From: Lysobacterales bacterium | GTDB taxonomy: Bacteria > Pseudomonadota > Gammaproteobacteria > Xanthomonadales > SZUA-38 | Assembly: GCA_028285525.1 (NCBI GenBank) | Contig: JANQOZ010000015.1 | Coordinates: 51,590 to 115,589 of the forward strand | DNA: 64,000 nt | Reading direction: 5' to 3' | Shown here: positions 35,945 to 44,327 of the stretch, in pieces | How the letters are laid out: the number at the start of each line of letters is the position of its first letter | Position numbering within the stretch: position 1 is the first letter of the stretch | Notes under the pieces: model-generated | What the model was told of the DNA's origin: nothing | The model's input: the letters and a program-made list of their open reading frames with translations, nothing else | The model's database searches: none | Made by a program: the position numbers and the translations under genes

Positions 35945-37391
35945 GATGCAGCGTCGCTGCACGTCGCCTTTTCTGGCGCTTCTCAGCCTGCCCGCGACGG
36001 CGATGGGCTTTGCCCTGTCGGTTCAGATTTCAGCACTCAGCTGGATCCTCACGACCCAATACGGGCTCGATATCCACGACGTGGGTTTGGTGTGGGCGGC
36101 AGGCCCGCTCGCCGGAATAATCGGCCAGGTCATCATCGGCATTGTCAGCGACAACACCTGGCTCTGGGGCGGGCGGCGCCGACCCTACATTCTCATCGGG
36201 GGCGTCCTGGCCGCGCTGATGCTGCTCGCGCTGCCCAACATCGACGTGATCGCGGATGGCCTGGGTGTTGACGGCATTCTGGGGATCGCGATTTTGATTG
36301 CGCTGGCCCTGGACCTGTCGATCAACGTCAGCTTCAACCCCACCCGATCGATTATTGCTGACGTCACAAGCACCGGCCCGAATCGCACGCGCGGATACAC
36401 CTGGATGCAGACCATTTCCGGCAGCTTTGGCGTGCTTGCCTATGCGATCGGCGCGATCTGGGACAACTACACGCTGATCTACTTTGGCGCGATCCTGGTG
36501 CTGCTGTTTTCCGTGCTTCCGCCGCTGTTCGTAGAGGAGCCCCGCGAGCTGAAGGAGAGCTCTGAGGCGCAAGACCCGCAACCGGTCAATCTCGGTGCTG
36601 TACTGATCAATATTCGACCGTTGTGGGGGTTCCTGGTCTATGGGGCTTACGCCCTCACGATGCGGTTGCTGCACGTTGAAGTAGAGCACTACTGGGTCGA
36701 GGGAGTATGCGCCGTCGCGACCTTGATCCTGGTTGTCCAGACTCTGTTCAGCCGTAAGACGACCGACAATCGGAGCGGCGGCAGTCTCGAGGGATTTCGG
36801 CGTGTGCTGGCAGCCCACGCGTTCAGCTGGCTGGGCGTGCAGACAATGTTTGTCTATATGTTCGCCTACGTACAGCAGACGCTGCCCGACCTGAGCGACG
36901 TGGACATGGGTCGGGTGGTATCCATCAGTTTTCTGATTCTCAACGCGGTCGCCGCCGTCCTGCCGGCGTTTGTTCTCGAACCGCTCACCCGTCGGCTTGG
37001 ACGGGTCAAGACCCATGTGCTTTGCCTTGCGGTGATGACCCTCGGCTATGGCGCCATCCTTCTGGCTGGCAGTTCTCTAGCGATGCTCTATGCCTGCATG
37101 GCGCTGCTCGGAGTCGGCTGGGCGGCGATTGTCAGCCTGCCCTTCGCGATCATGTCCAACAAGGTAGATCCCGCCCGCATGGGGCTGTTTATGGGCCTTT
37201 TTAATCTCGCCGTGGTCCTTCCCCAATTGACGGCGAGCCTTGGAGTTGGCGTGGCCGTCAGCCGCGCGGAGGACAAGGGCCTGATTTTTGTGATCTGCTG
37301 CGCATCCCTCCTGCTATCCACCATCGCCTGGATGCGAGTCGAAGAAGACGAGGAAGCCGAGTCATCGCTGATGCCCAGCTCGGTTCATTGA
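35937..37391 (+). CDS. MFS sugar transporter, SLC45/GPH-like (copy 2, tandem paralogue)
   Basis: The equivalent loop is SDNTWLWGGRRRPYILIGG. I place the start at ATG 35937, which overlaps the upstream stop as ATGCTTGA. The track starts at TTG 35889. Confidence 0.85.
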   Translation: MLEMQRRCTSPFLALLSLPATAMGFALSVQISALSWILTTQYGLDIHDVGLVWAAGPLAGIIGQVIIGIVSDNTWLWGGRRRPYILIGGVLAALMLLALPNIDVIADGLGVDGILGIAILIALALDLSINVSFNPTRSIIADVTSTGPNRTRGYTWMQTISGSFGVLAYAIGAIWDNYTLIYFGAILVLLFSVLPPLFVEEPRELKESSEAQDPQPVNLGAVLINIRPLWGFLVYGAYALTMRLLHVEVEHYWVEGVCAVATLILVVQTLFSRKTTDNRSGGSLEGFRRVLAAHAFSWLGVQTMFVYMFAYVQQTLPDLSDVDMGRVVSISFLILNAVAAVLPAFVLEPLTRRLGRVKTHVLCLAVMTLGYGAILLAGSSLAMLYACMALLGVGWAAIVSLPFAIMSNKVDPARMGLFMGLFNLAVVLPQLTASLGVGVAVSRAEDKGLIFVICCASLLLSTIAWMRVEEDEEAESSLMPSSVH

Positions 37392-37740
37392 ACGGAGATC
37401 TTCCGACGCCGAACATTTCTCCGAGGGTTGTGAGTTGGATTTTATTCGCCTCGAGACTTGAGCGAAAAAGCAGGGCAACCGGAAACACCTCAATGTCAGC
37501 GACGAACGTAAGCTGAGACTCTTCCGGAGTTCCGGCGGTGACCGGCGCGGACGAGATCTACAGCCATCTTGGCTGAACCCACTCGGAAGTCGATTCACTG
37601 GCCCGAAAGCTCCTTGCTCAGCAGCTGGCGCAAGCCCGGACAATACGCCCGACTGTCACCCAACTATCGATGGTGGCCGCTGCGGGGAAGGGCGGTTTAT
37701 ACTCGCGCGCCGCAACACAATCAGAGATTGCTCCGCCCTC

Positions 37741-38811
37741 ATGAAAGCCTTAATCCATCTGTTTTTCGTCACCATGAGCCTGCTCTCGACCTGCGCCTTT
37801 GCCAACGACCAACTGACGGCGGCGGAGCGAAATTCCGTGATCAAAAGAATCCAGGCGTTGATCGAGTCTGACTATGTGATGGTCGAGCAGGTCGAGCGCG
37901 TGAATCGTGCGCTCAGCGACCTGAATGCCAGCGGCAAGTACGACAACATCAACGACCGCGAGGCCTTTGCAGAGGTCTTGACTGAGGACCTGCGCGATAT
38001 CTCGAGCGACAAACACTACGGCGTTGGCTATAAGCCCGAGCTGATCGCCTCGCGTCGAGCACGCGCGCAGGAGTCAGAGGCTGAAGCGGCGGTTGTAGAG
38101 GAACCGACGATAGACTGGAACGAGTGGTACGCGGCGCAAGACAATTTTGGCGTTGAAAAAGCAGAGGTGCTGGACGGCAACATCGGCTATCTGAAGATCA
38201 CGTTTTTTCAGCCGCTGGACTGGATGCAGCCAGTGATTGATTCAGCGATGGCCTTCGTCGCAAATACCGATGCCTTGATTATCGACCTCACCAAGAATGG
38301 TGGTGGCTACAGCCCGTCGGACAGCTATCTCGGCAGCTTCTTTTTTGACCCTGAGCCGGTCCTTTGGTCAACCAGCTACTATCGACCCACCGGCGAACGC
38401 AGCAGCGACTCAACTTTTGCCGAGGTCGGGGCGCCGAGGTATCTGGACCGCCCTGTCGTGGTGCTGGTCGGCCCCGAGACGTTTTCCCTCGGTGAGAAGT
38501 TTGCCTACAGCATGAAACACTTCGACAAGGCGGTTGTCGTCGGTGAGGTGACCGCGGGAGCCGCCAACGGCATCAGCTTCTCCTTTGTGGACGACAACTT
38601 TGTCATCCAAATTCCCGCGCAGCGGACGGTGAACCCCATCACCCAAACGAATTTTGAAGGTGCCGGCGTTCAACCGAACGTCGCAGCCTCTGCCGACGAA
38701 GCCTTCAACGTTGCGTACGGCTATGTCTTGGACCGCCTCATCGAGTCAGCGGAATTTGACAGGATGGTTCAGGTTTACAAGAAAGCAAAGGCGGCAAGAG
38801 CAAACGACTAG
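37741..38811 (+). CDS. Secreted S41-family (tail-specific/IRBP-like) peptidase
   Basis: Signal peptide MKALIHLFFVTMSLLSTCAFA. It has an N-terminal helical IRBP-like domain, then IGYLKITFF, LIIDLTKNGGGY and VVLVGPETFSLGEKFAYSMK. Confidence 0.75.
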   Translation: MKALIHLFFVTMSLLSTCAFANDQLTAAERNSVIKRIQALIESDYVMVEQVERVNRALSDLNASGKYDNINDREAFAEVLTEDLRDISSDKHYGVGYKPELIASRRARAQESEAEAAVVEEPTIDWNEWYAAQDNFGVEKAEVLDGNIGYLKITFFQPLDWMQPVIDSAMAFVANTDALIIDLTKNGGGYSPSDSYLGSFFFDPEPVLWSTSYYRPTGERSSDSTFAEVGAPRYLDRPVVVLVGPETFSLGEKFAYSMKHFDKAVVVGEVTAGAANGISFSFVDDNFVIQIPAQRTVNPITQTNFEGAGVQPNVAASADEAFNVAYGYVLDRLIESAEFDRMVQVYKKAKAARAND

Positions 38812-38879
38812 TGGTTCGCATCTAAACGATCCGGACCTTGCGTGTGTGCCGGTCTTTGGCTTCGAGCTCTGCCTATCCG

Positions 38880-40439
38880 CTAAAGCCGATCGGTTTCCCG
38901 AATGAAGTCGGCTAGGTCGCGCCGAAATTTCTCGAGTGAAGGCTCGTGCAGGTACATCATGTGGCCAGCGTCGTAGTACTCCATACGAATACGGTCGCGG
39001 GCTTCTTCCGGGATGTCGAGGTGGTTGATGTCGAACCTGGTGGCGCCGATCGGCGTCGCCATATCAAAGTAGCCTTGCTGCACAAGAAGATGCAGGCCCG
39101 GGTTGGTGCTCAGCGCCATGGAGAGATCCGGACGCAGATCCGCCCATGGCATGGCCCAGCCACCTGAGGAGGGCGGTGTGTGCGACCAGTCCCAGCTCGA
39201 GCCGACTTCTCCAAAGGCGGATACCTGATAGGTCTCGTCCTGCCCGAACTCGAGCTCGTTGTGCAGGTAATCGAGAAACGCGGCCGTGTAGGCGGGTCCA
39301 ACGGACGGGAAGAACGGGTCGTAGTTCATCGCCTCGGCAAGAGGATTGATCGCTGGACCGAGAAAGCGGCTGTCGACGCGGCCGGTTACGATGCGCTTGT
39401 CGCGCTGCAGTTCCTGCAAGAACTGCTGATGGCTAACGCGCAGGTCCGCCTTCAACCAATAGTCCGCAGAGACGCTTGTGTAGGCTGCCAGGCGCTCGGC
39501 CACCGCCGCCTTCTCCGACAAGGATATCGTGTAGCCCTTCAGAAGCGCGGCGGTGTATTCCGACAGCGCAAACTCATCGACCTCCTGAACAAAAGCCTCG
39601 AGATTCTCCGGCCGATCGTCGAGCAGGTTGTGATACCAGGCAGTGGCCGCAAAGGTCGAAAGATAAAGCGCGTGCGGCAGGTCGATGTTCGCGCCATCCA
39701 CGCCCGACCCCATGCTCAGAAACGGTGACACGACCACAACGCCGTTGAAATGCATGCCGTGGCTGTCCTGCACGTGATGCACCAGTCCAGCGGACCGGAT
39801 GCCGCCGTAGCTTTCGCCGAGAATGTACTTCGGTGACGCCCAGCGACCCTGTTCTGAGATGTACTGCTTCATGAAGGCGCCGACCGACTCAATGTCGGCG
39901 TCCACGCCCCAGAAGAGCTCCTTGGGATCCGCGTCGCCCAGCGGCTTGCTGAAGCCGGTTCCGACCGGGTCCACCATCACCAGATCAGTGACGTCGATAA
40001 TACTGTGGGCATTGTCCACCCGCTGTGCCGGCGGCGGTGGTGCAAAGCCGGCATCGTTCACTACGGCACGCTGCGGACCGAGCACGCCCATGTGGAGCCA
40101 AACTGACGAAGAGCCAGGGCCGCCGTTAAAGGCGAACATAATGGGGCGTTGTGCCGGGTCTCTGAAGCCCGTGCGCGTGTACGCTGTATAGCCAAAGCGC
40201 GCGATCGGGGAGCCTTCTCTATTCCGGAGGATCAGCCATCCAACCGTGGCGTCGTACTCGATGTTATTGTCGTCAATGCGGATCGTGTGACGGGTGGTGC
40301 TCGAGCGTGGTTCTGCCTCACCAGCGCTGGGCTTTTCGACATCTTGATCAGCGGCAATAACAGGGCTGGTCGAAAGGCAAAGTGCCAGCAGAATGAAAAA
40401 CGGTGTTCGCATCGAAGACTCCAGGGTCAAGGTCCGCAT
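38880..40439 (-). CDS. Secreted S10-family serine carboxypeptidase
   Basis: FAFNGGPGSSSVWLHMGVLGP, and the nucleophile motif GESYGG. The likely start is the second Met (MRTPFFILLALCLS, 40412). Confidence 0.8.
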   Translation of the reverse strand: MRTLTLESSMRTPFFILLALCLSTSPVIAADQDVEKPSAGEAEPRSSTTRHTIRIDDNNIEYDATVGWLILRNREGSPIARFGYTAYTRTGFRDPAQRPIMFAFNGGPGSSSVWLHMGVLGPQRAVVNDAGFAPPPPAQRVDNAHSIIDVTDLVMVDPVGTGFSKPLGDADPKELFWGVDADIESVGAFMKQYISEQGRWASPKYILGESYGGIRSAGLVHHVQDSHGMHFNGVVVVSPFLSMGSGVDGANIDLPHALYLSTFAATAWYHNLLDDRPENLEAFVQEVDEFALSEYTAALLKGYTISLSEKAAVAERLAAYTSVSADYWLKADLRVSHQQFLQELQRDKRIVTGRVDSRFLGPAINPLAEAMNYDPFFPSVGPAYTAAFLDYLHNELEFGQDETYQVSAFGEVGSSWDWSHTPPSSGGWAMPWADLRPDLSMALSTNPGLHLLVQQGYFDMATPIGATRFDINHLDIPEEARDRIRMEYYDAGHMMYLHEPSLEKFRRDLADFIRETDRL

Positions 40440-40610
40440 CCAGTGTAGCGGTTTCGGGTCCGTTGCTCTGCCTCCCTTTATGACAATACCTCTTTCCCAG
40501 GATGGCTTGGGTGGATTCTCCGCCTACATGGCCATGCTGACTGTGGGGCGACGGACCACCAAGTCGGCCGATGCTACACTCTCGCCCCTTGTCAGTAGGG
40601 GGCTAAGCCC

Positions 40611-41273
40611 GTGTTTATGAGAAAGGAAGCGGCCGGGTGGTTGTTTACAAGGACCTTGATCTTTGTGGTCGCGATGGCAGCGGTCACCGCCTGCCGCTCC
40701 GTCGATGCTCCTCCAGCAGAAAGCCTGCAATTTATTTCGATTGAGGAGGCAGCTGAACTTCCCAACATCGAGCGCGCGGGCTTCGACATCGACGACACGC
40801 TGCTGTTCTCGACGCCGGCCTTTGACGTTGGCCAGGCCAGCTCTCACGCTTATGACTCCGAGCCTTTCTGGACGTTGGTGAACGGAAGTGACCGGGGAAA
40901 CAGTCGAGTGAAACTCTCAACGCGTCAGATCGTCGAGCGCTATCAGGCGCGTGGTATCCCCATCTATGCGATCACGGCTCGGTCAGGGTTTGGCGGCGAT
41001 GGATTGAAGTCGTTCATCAGCGATGAGCTGGGAATTCCGGCGAATCATGTGTTCTTTGAGCCGGACGGAAAGGCCGACCGAATTCGCAGCCTGCGGCTGG
41101 ACGTCTATTTTGGTGATTCTGATTCCGACATCGAAGACGCGATGGACGCTGAAGCAAAGCCGGTTCGCATTCAGCGATCGCCTAAGTCTTCCTACCGCAA
41201 TAAAGACGGCAGCTTGCGGAAGTACCAACCGGGCCGCTACGGCGAAGCGGTTGTTGCCGATAGCGAGAACTAG
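40611..41273 (+). CDS. aphA: Class B acid phosphatase (AphA-like HAD), predicted lipoprotein
   Basis: GFDIDDTLLFSTPAF and YFGDSDSDIEDA match AphA motifs. The lipobox is AAVTAC after MRKEAAGWLFTRTLIFVVAM (ATG 40617). Confidence 0.8.
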   Translation: MFMRKEAAGWLFTRTLIFVVAMAAVTACRSVDAPPAESLQFISIEEAAELPNIERAGFDIDDTLLFSTPAFDVGQASSHAYDSEPFWTLVNGSDRGNSRVKLSTRQIVERYQARGIPIYAITARSGFGGDGLKSFISDELGIPANHVFFEPDGKADRIRSLRLDVYFGDSDSDIEDAMDAEAKPVRIQRSPKSSYRNKDGSLRKYQPGRYGEAVVADSEN

Positions 41274-41298
41274 AGGCACGACTCGCGCGGGTGCTGCT

Positions 41299-42399
41299 TC
41301 ACCACCCAGGTTTATGGGACGCGCTACCGATCTTTTGGAGCCAATCGCTCATCGCGTCATAGTAACCCTGGCAAGCGGGAACATCGGGAGGGAGTTCCTC
41401 ATAGATCCCGCCCGTGTCACTTTGCTGCATGACGTGGTTGCAGCGGTCAAGGTACACAGACGTTAAGTCGATGCCCCCTCGTTCTGAGGCTCTCTGGTAT
41501 AGCTCGCCGGTCGCCTTCCAGTCGACCTGAGTGTCGAGCCGACCGAGAATAGCCAGAACGGGGATTTCGAGGCTGCTCAGCGTCTCCTCAAGGTTCGGAT
41601 ACATCACCGCCAAGTTTGTGTTCTCATCAAATTGGAGCTCGCCGGATTGAAAATATTGCTGGATGTTGTTCAGGACCTCTTCGGTCATCTGAAAGTCATT
41701 CGCATTGAAATACGGGTCGGCCATCAAGCGACGAGTGCCCTCAGAAAACTCGTCGAATGATCCACCTCTGACCAATATCCGCTGATAGTGATCCCACTCA
41801 GCCATCAATACCTCGATATCTTTGGCGCTGCGTTTTTCCGCTCTTAAGTTTGCCTCCAGCATGTAGCGGCTGTTGTCCAGTTCGGTGGTGCCGCTGACCG
41901 AGATCCAGAAATCGACCTCCGGCAACAGCTCGAACACTTTAGGAACGATCCACCCGCCGCGACTGATGCTCCAGAACCCCAGCTGGTCTGCGCCAGGCAC
42001 CTGCAGCGATTGAATCGCTTTGATCGCGGCAACGGCTTCTTCAGCACTGCTTTGAATGCTCTGGTTGTGGTCGTAGTCGCCTTCGCTCAATCCGTTCCCG
42101 GCTTTGTCCCAGTAGGCAACGCCGTAACGCTGACCAACCAGGAATTCGCGCAGCTCCCGCCACTGGTCGCCGCCGACCAAGTCGGTGGGACCATGTCCGG
42201 GAATGACAACAATCAGCCCCTTGGCAGATTCTGGCGGCACCAGGATCTCGCCGGTGTACCGCAAGCCCTGGTATTCAAAAACAAAGGTCGATTGGTGGTG
42301 CTTGCCGGCAAAACAGGGAGCCGTTATTCCCAGGGCAAGAAAAAGTGGTGCTAAGTATTTCAAAGCCGCCTCCGCGCCATCGTTCGACCCGAGCATCAA
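41299..42399 (-). CDS. Secreted alpha/beta-fold hydrolase
   Basis: It has a signal-like N-terminus, VVIPGHGPTD, the nucleophile-elbow-like FWSISRGGW, and a C-terminal ...RCNHVMQ (His). Confidence 0.65.
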   Translation of the reverse strand: MMLGSNDGAEAALKYLAPLFLALGITAPCFAGKHHQSTFVFEYQGLRYTGEILVPPESAKGLIVVIPGHGPTDLVGGDQWRELREFLVGQRYGVAYWDKAGNGLSEGDYDHNQSIQSSAEEAVAAIKAIQSLQVPGADQLGFWSISRGGWIVPKVFELLPEVDFWISVSGTTELDNSRYMLEANLRAEKRSAKDIEVLMAEWDHYQRILVRGGSFDEFSEGTRRLMADPYFNANDFQMTEEVLNNIQQYFQSGELQFDENTNLAVMYPNLEETLSSLEIPVLAILGRLDTQVDWKATGELYQRASERGGIDLTSVYLDRCNHVMQQSDTGGIYEELPPDVPACQGYYDAMSDWLQKIGSASHKPGW

Positions 42400-42562
42400 T
42401 GTGCTTTGAGTCCCTAAAACCGCTAAAACGGTCTTCGAGAGGTTTGGTTACAGCGTGAAATCTAACGAGAACGAGACTTGCTTCGACGTGGAGCTTCTCT
42501 AAAGCGATGTCGTCGTCTCCGCTGGGTCCTATCGGCGCGGCGAAATTGGGTCCCCACCCTAA

Positions 42563-43780
42563 CTATTGTTGACGAGCTCTTTCCCTGTGCTGCCGGAGTA
42601 GGTCATGGGCAAGATCTTCAGCTTCTGAGACCTGGTCCTGGGTCATCAGATAGCGAGTGAGCTCTTTCCACTGCCCACCCGCTTGCAGGGTGCCTGTACT
42701 GCCCTCGAGGATCGCTGCTTGGGCGTAGGCGTAGGTCATGACCAGGTCTCTGGGGTAAACATCCCCCTGGTAGTACATGCGGGCAAGTAGCGTGAGTGCG
42801 TGTGGTGTCCCGGAGTTCCAGAGCAAATCGGCATAGCGCTGCGCACGCTGCTTAAACTCCTCGATGAGCATGGGCTGCTGAAAGCCCAGAACTCCACTCG
42901 GAAAACGGCCGTTGTTCATCAGCAGGTAGTTCGCGTGTGCATGGTATGCTCGCTGCGCCGTCGGGTGACCCAGGTCGGCGGCGAGGCCGTAGTAGTTGAA
43001 TGACTCCAGGACCAGATCAGGTTCCCCGGGAATATCGCTGCACATTTCGAACCTATCTATCGCTTCCCGCGTGACGCGATCGGGCCAGTCTCCAAGTTCC
43101 GTTTCCGGGTTTCTTTCCAGAATGGTCTTGACCTGTTGTTCGACCTGCGCGAGACGCCGGTCCAGCAGTTCATAGCTCGGGGGCGCGCTTGCACACTCCT
43201 CGAAAAACATGGCCAGCCATAGCGCTGCCTCGGCATCACCTTCTGCGGCGTCAGCACGGCGGTTAGTAATGTCGGCCGCGGTGGCGCCATCCATCTGCGT
43301 TTTGAGGGCCTCAAGCGAGTCTTCGATCGACAGCGTGATGTCCATCGGGCCGATGCCTGGCAATGGCGGTTCACTATCACCCGGCCAGGAATTCTCGATG
43401 GCGTTAGCCGAGGTTATCGACGCGCGCTGAGTCTCGAAGCCAGGGTTTTGCGGTGTTGTTGCCCCTGGCGCTCCGTGCTGTGGTGTCGTTACGGTAGCTG
43501 GCTCAAGCGAATGCTCCGCCGATTGGTCCGCGCCGAGGTTGATTGCCGAGGATTCTTCGGTGGACCTGCTGGACCACAAGAACACGATCAGCAGCGCGAC
43601 CGCTGCAGTTCCTAAGATGCCAATCAGGCCTTTCTTGGCAGAAGACACTCCCGTAGCTCCGTCGTGAGTCTCTCCACACAGTGTAGCTGCCTTGGGGATA
43701 AAGTTCTGCTGACCCGGGCCGCTCACGAAATTTGAATGCGTGCCTATGCCGCGTGACAACCGATTGAGGTCCGGGCACAC
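42563..43780 (-). CDS. Membrane-anchored Sel1/TPR-like repeat protein
   Basis: One TM helix (LIGILGTAAVALLIVFLW). Sel1-like units are EGDAEAALWLAMFF, AADLGHPTAQRAYHAHANYLL and GTPHALTLLARMYYQGDVYPRDLVMTYAYAQAA. Confidence 0.6.
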   Translation of the reverse strand: MCPDLNRLSRGIGTHSNFVSGPGQQNFIPKAATLCGETHDGATGVSSAKKGLIGILGTAAVALLIVFLWSSRSTEESSAINLGADQSAEHSLEPATVTTPQHGAPGATTPQNPGFETQRASITSANAIENSWPGDSEPPLPGIGPMDITLSIEDSLEALKTQMDGATAADITNRRADAAEGDAEAALWLAMFFEECASAPPSYELLDRRLAQVEQQVKTILERNPETELGDWPDRVTREAIDRFEMCSDIPGEPDLVLESFNYYGLAADLGHPTAQRAYHAHANYLLMNNGRFPSGVLGFQQPMLIEEFKQRAQRYADLLWNSGTPHALTLLARMYYQGDVYPRDLVMTYAYAQAAILEGSTGTLQAGGQWKELTRYLMTQDQVSEAEDLAHDLLRQHRERARQQ

Positions 43781-43844
43781 GAATGGTAGCCGGAGCTGTG
43801 TAGTACAGTGACTTCACTTTCCTCCTGGCCATTGACCCAAGCCC

Positions 43845-44243
43845 TTGAGCGCCTCGAAGCCGCCGCCGAAACGTTATGCCGTGCTCGCCATCGGGTTGGG
43901 GCTCTATGCGCTGTCGCTATCCCTCGGCTGGTTGCCGGCTGAGGAGGGCGGGGCGGGGAACTGGCTGCTTGCGCTGGTAGGTATCGCTTTTGTTCTTGCG
44001 GGGCTGATTATGCTGCTACAGCCCGGTGATCGCAGAGCCGACGCGCTGGCGGGACTTTTGCTGATGGCGTTTTCACTGGTGGGATTCTCGATCGCTATAG
44101 GCATGGATGGAAACCCAGGACGGCGCGGAGCTGCATCAATGAGTTTGCCGCAGCTGTTCGTTGGCCTTGGGTCGCTGGTCACCCTGCTGATGTCGCTGTG
44201 GGCGGTCCGCCGCTGGCTCCGCTCGGACGATCCGTCTGAGTGA
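43845..44243 (+). CDS. Hypothetical 4-TM membrane protein
   Basis: 132 aa with four hydrophobic segments and a TTG start. No motif recognised. Confidence 0.45.
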   Translation: MSASKPPPKRYAVLAIGLGLYALSLSLGWLPAEEGGAGNWLLALVGIAFVLAGLIMLLQPGDRRADALAGLLLMAFSLVGFSIAIGMDGNPGRRGAASMSLPQLFVGLGSLVTLLMSLWAVRRWLRSDDPSE

Positions 44244-44327
44244 TTCCTCAGCGCGATCGGCGGCTGACCCCTGGCCGTAGCGTTTTACAATCCTTGTGAA
44301 CCCTGATTCGTTTGCGGCCTGCTCGCT

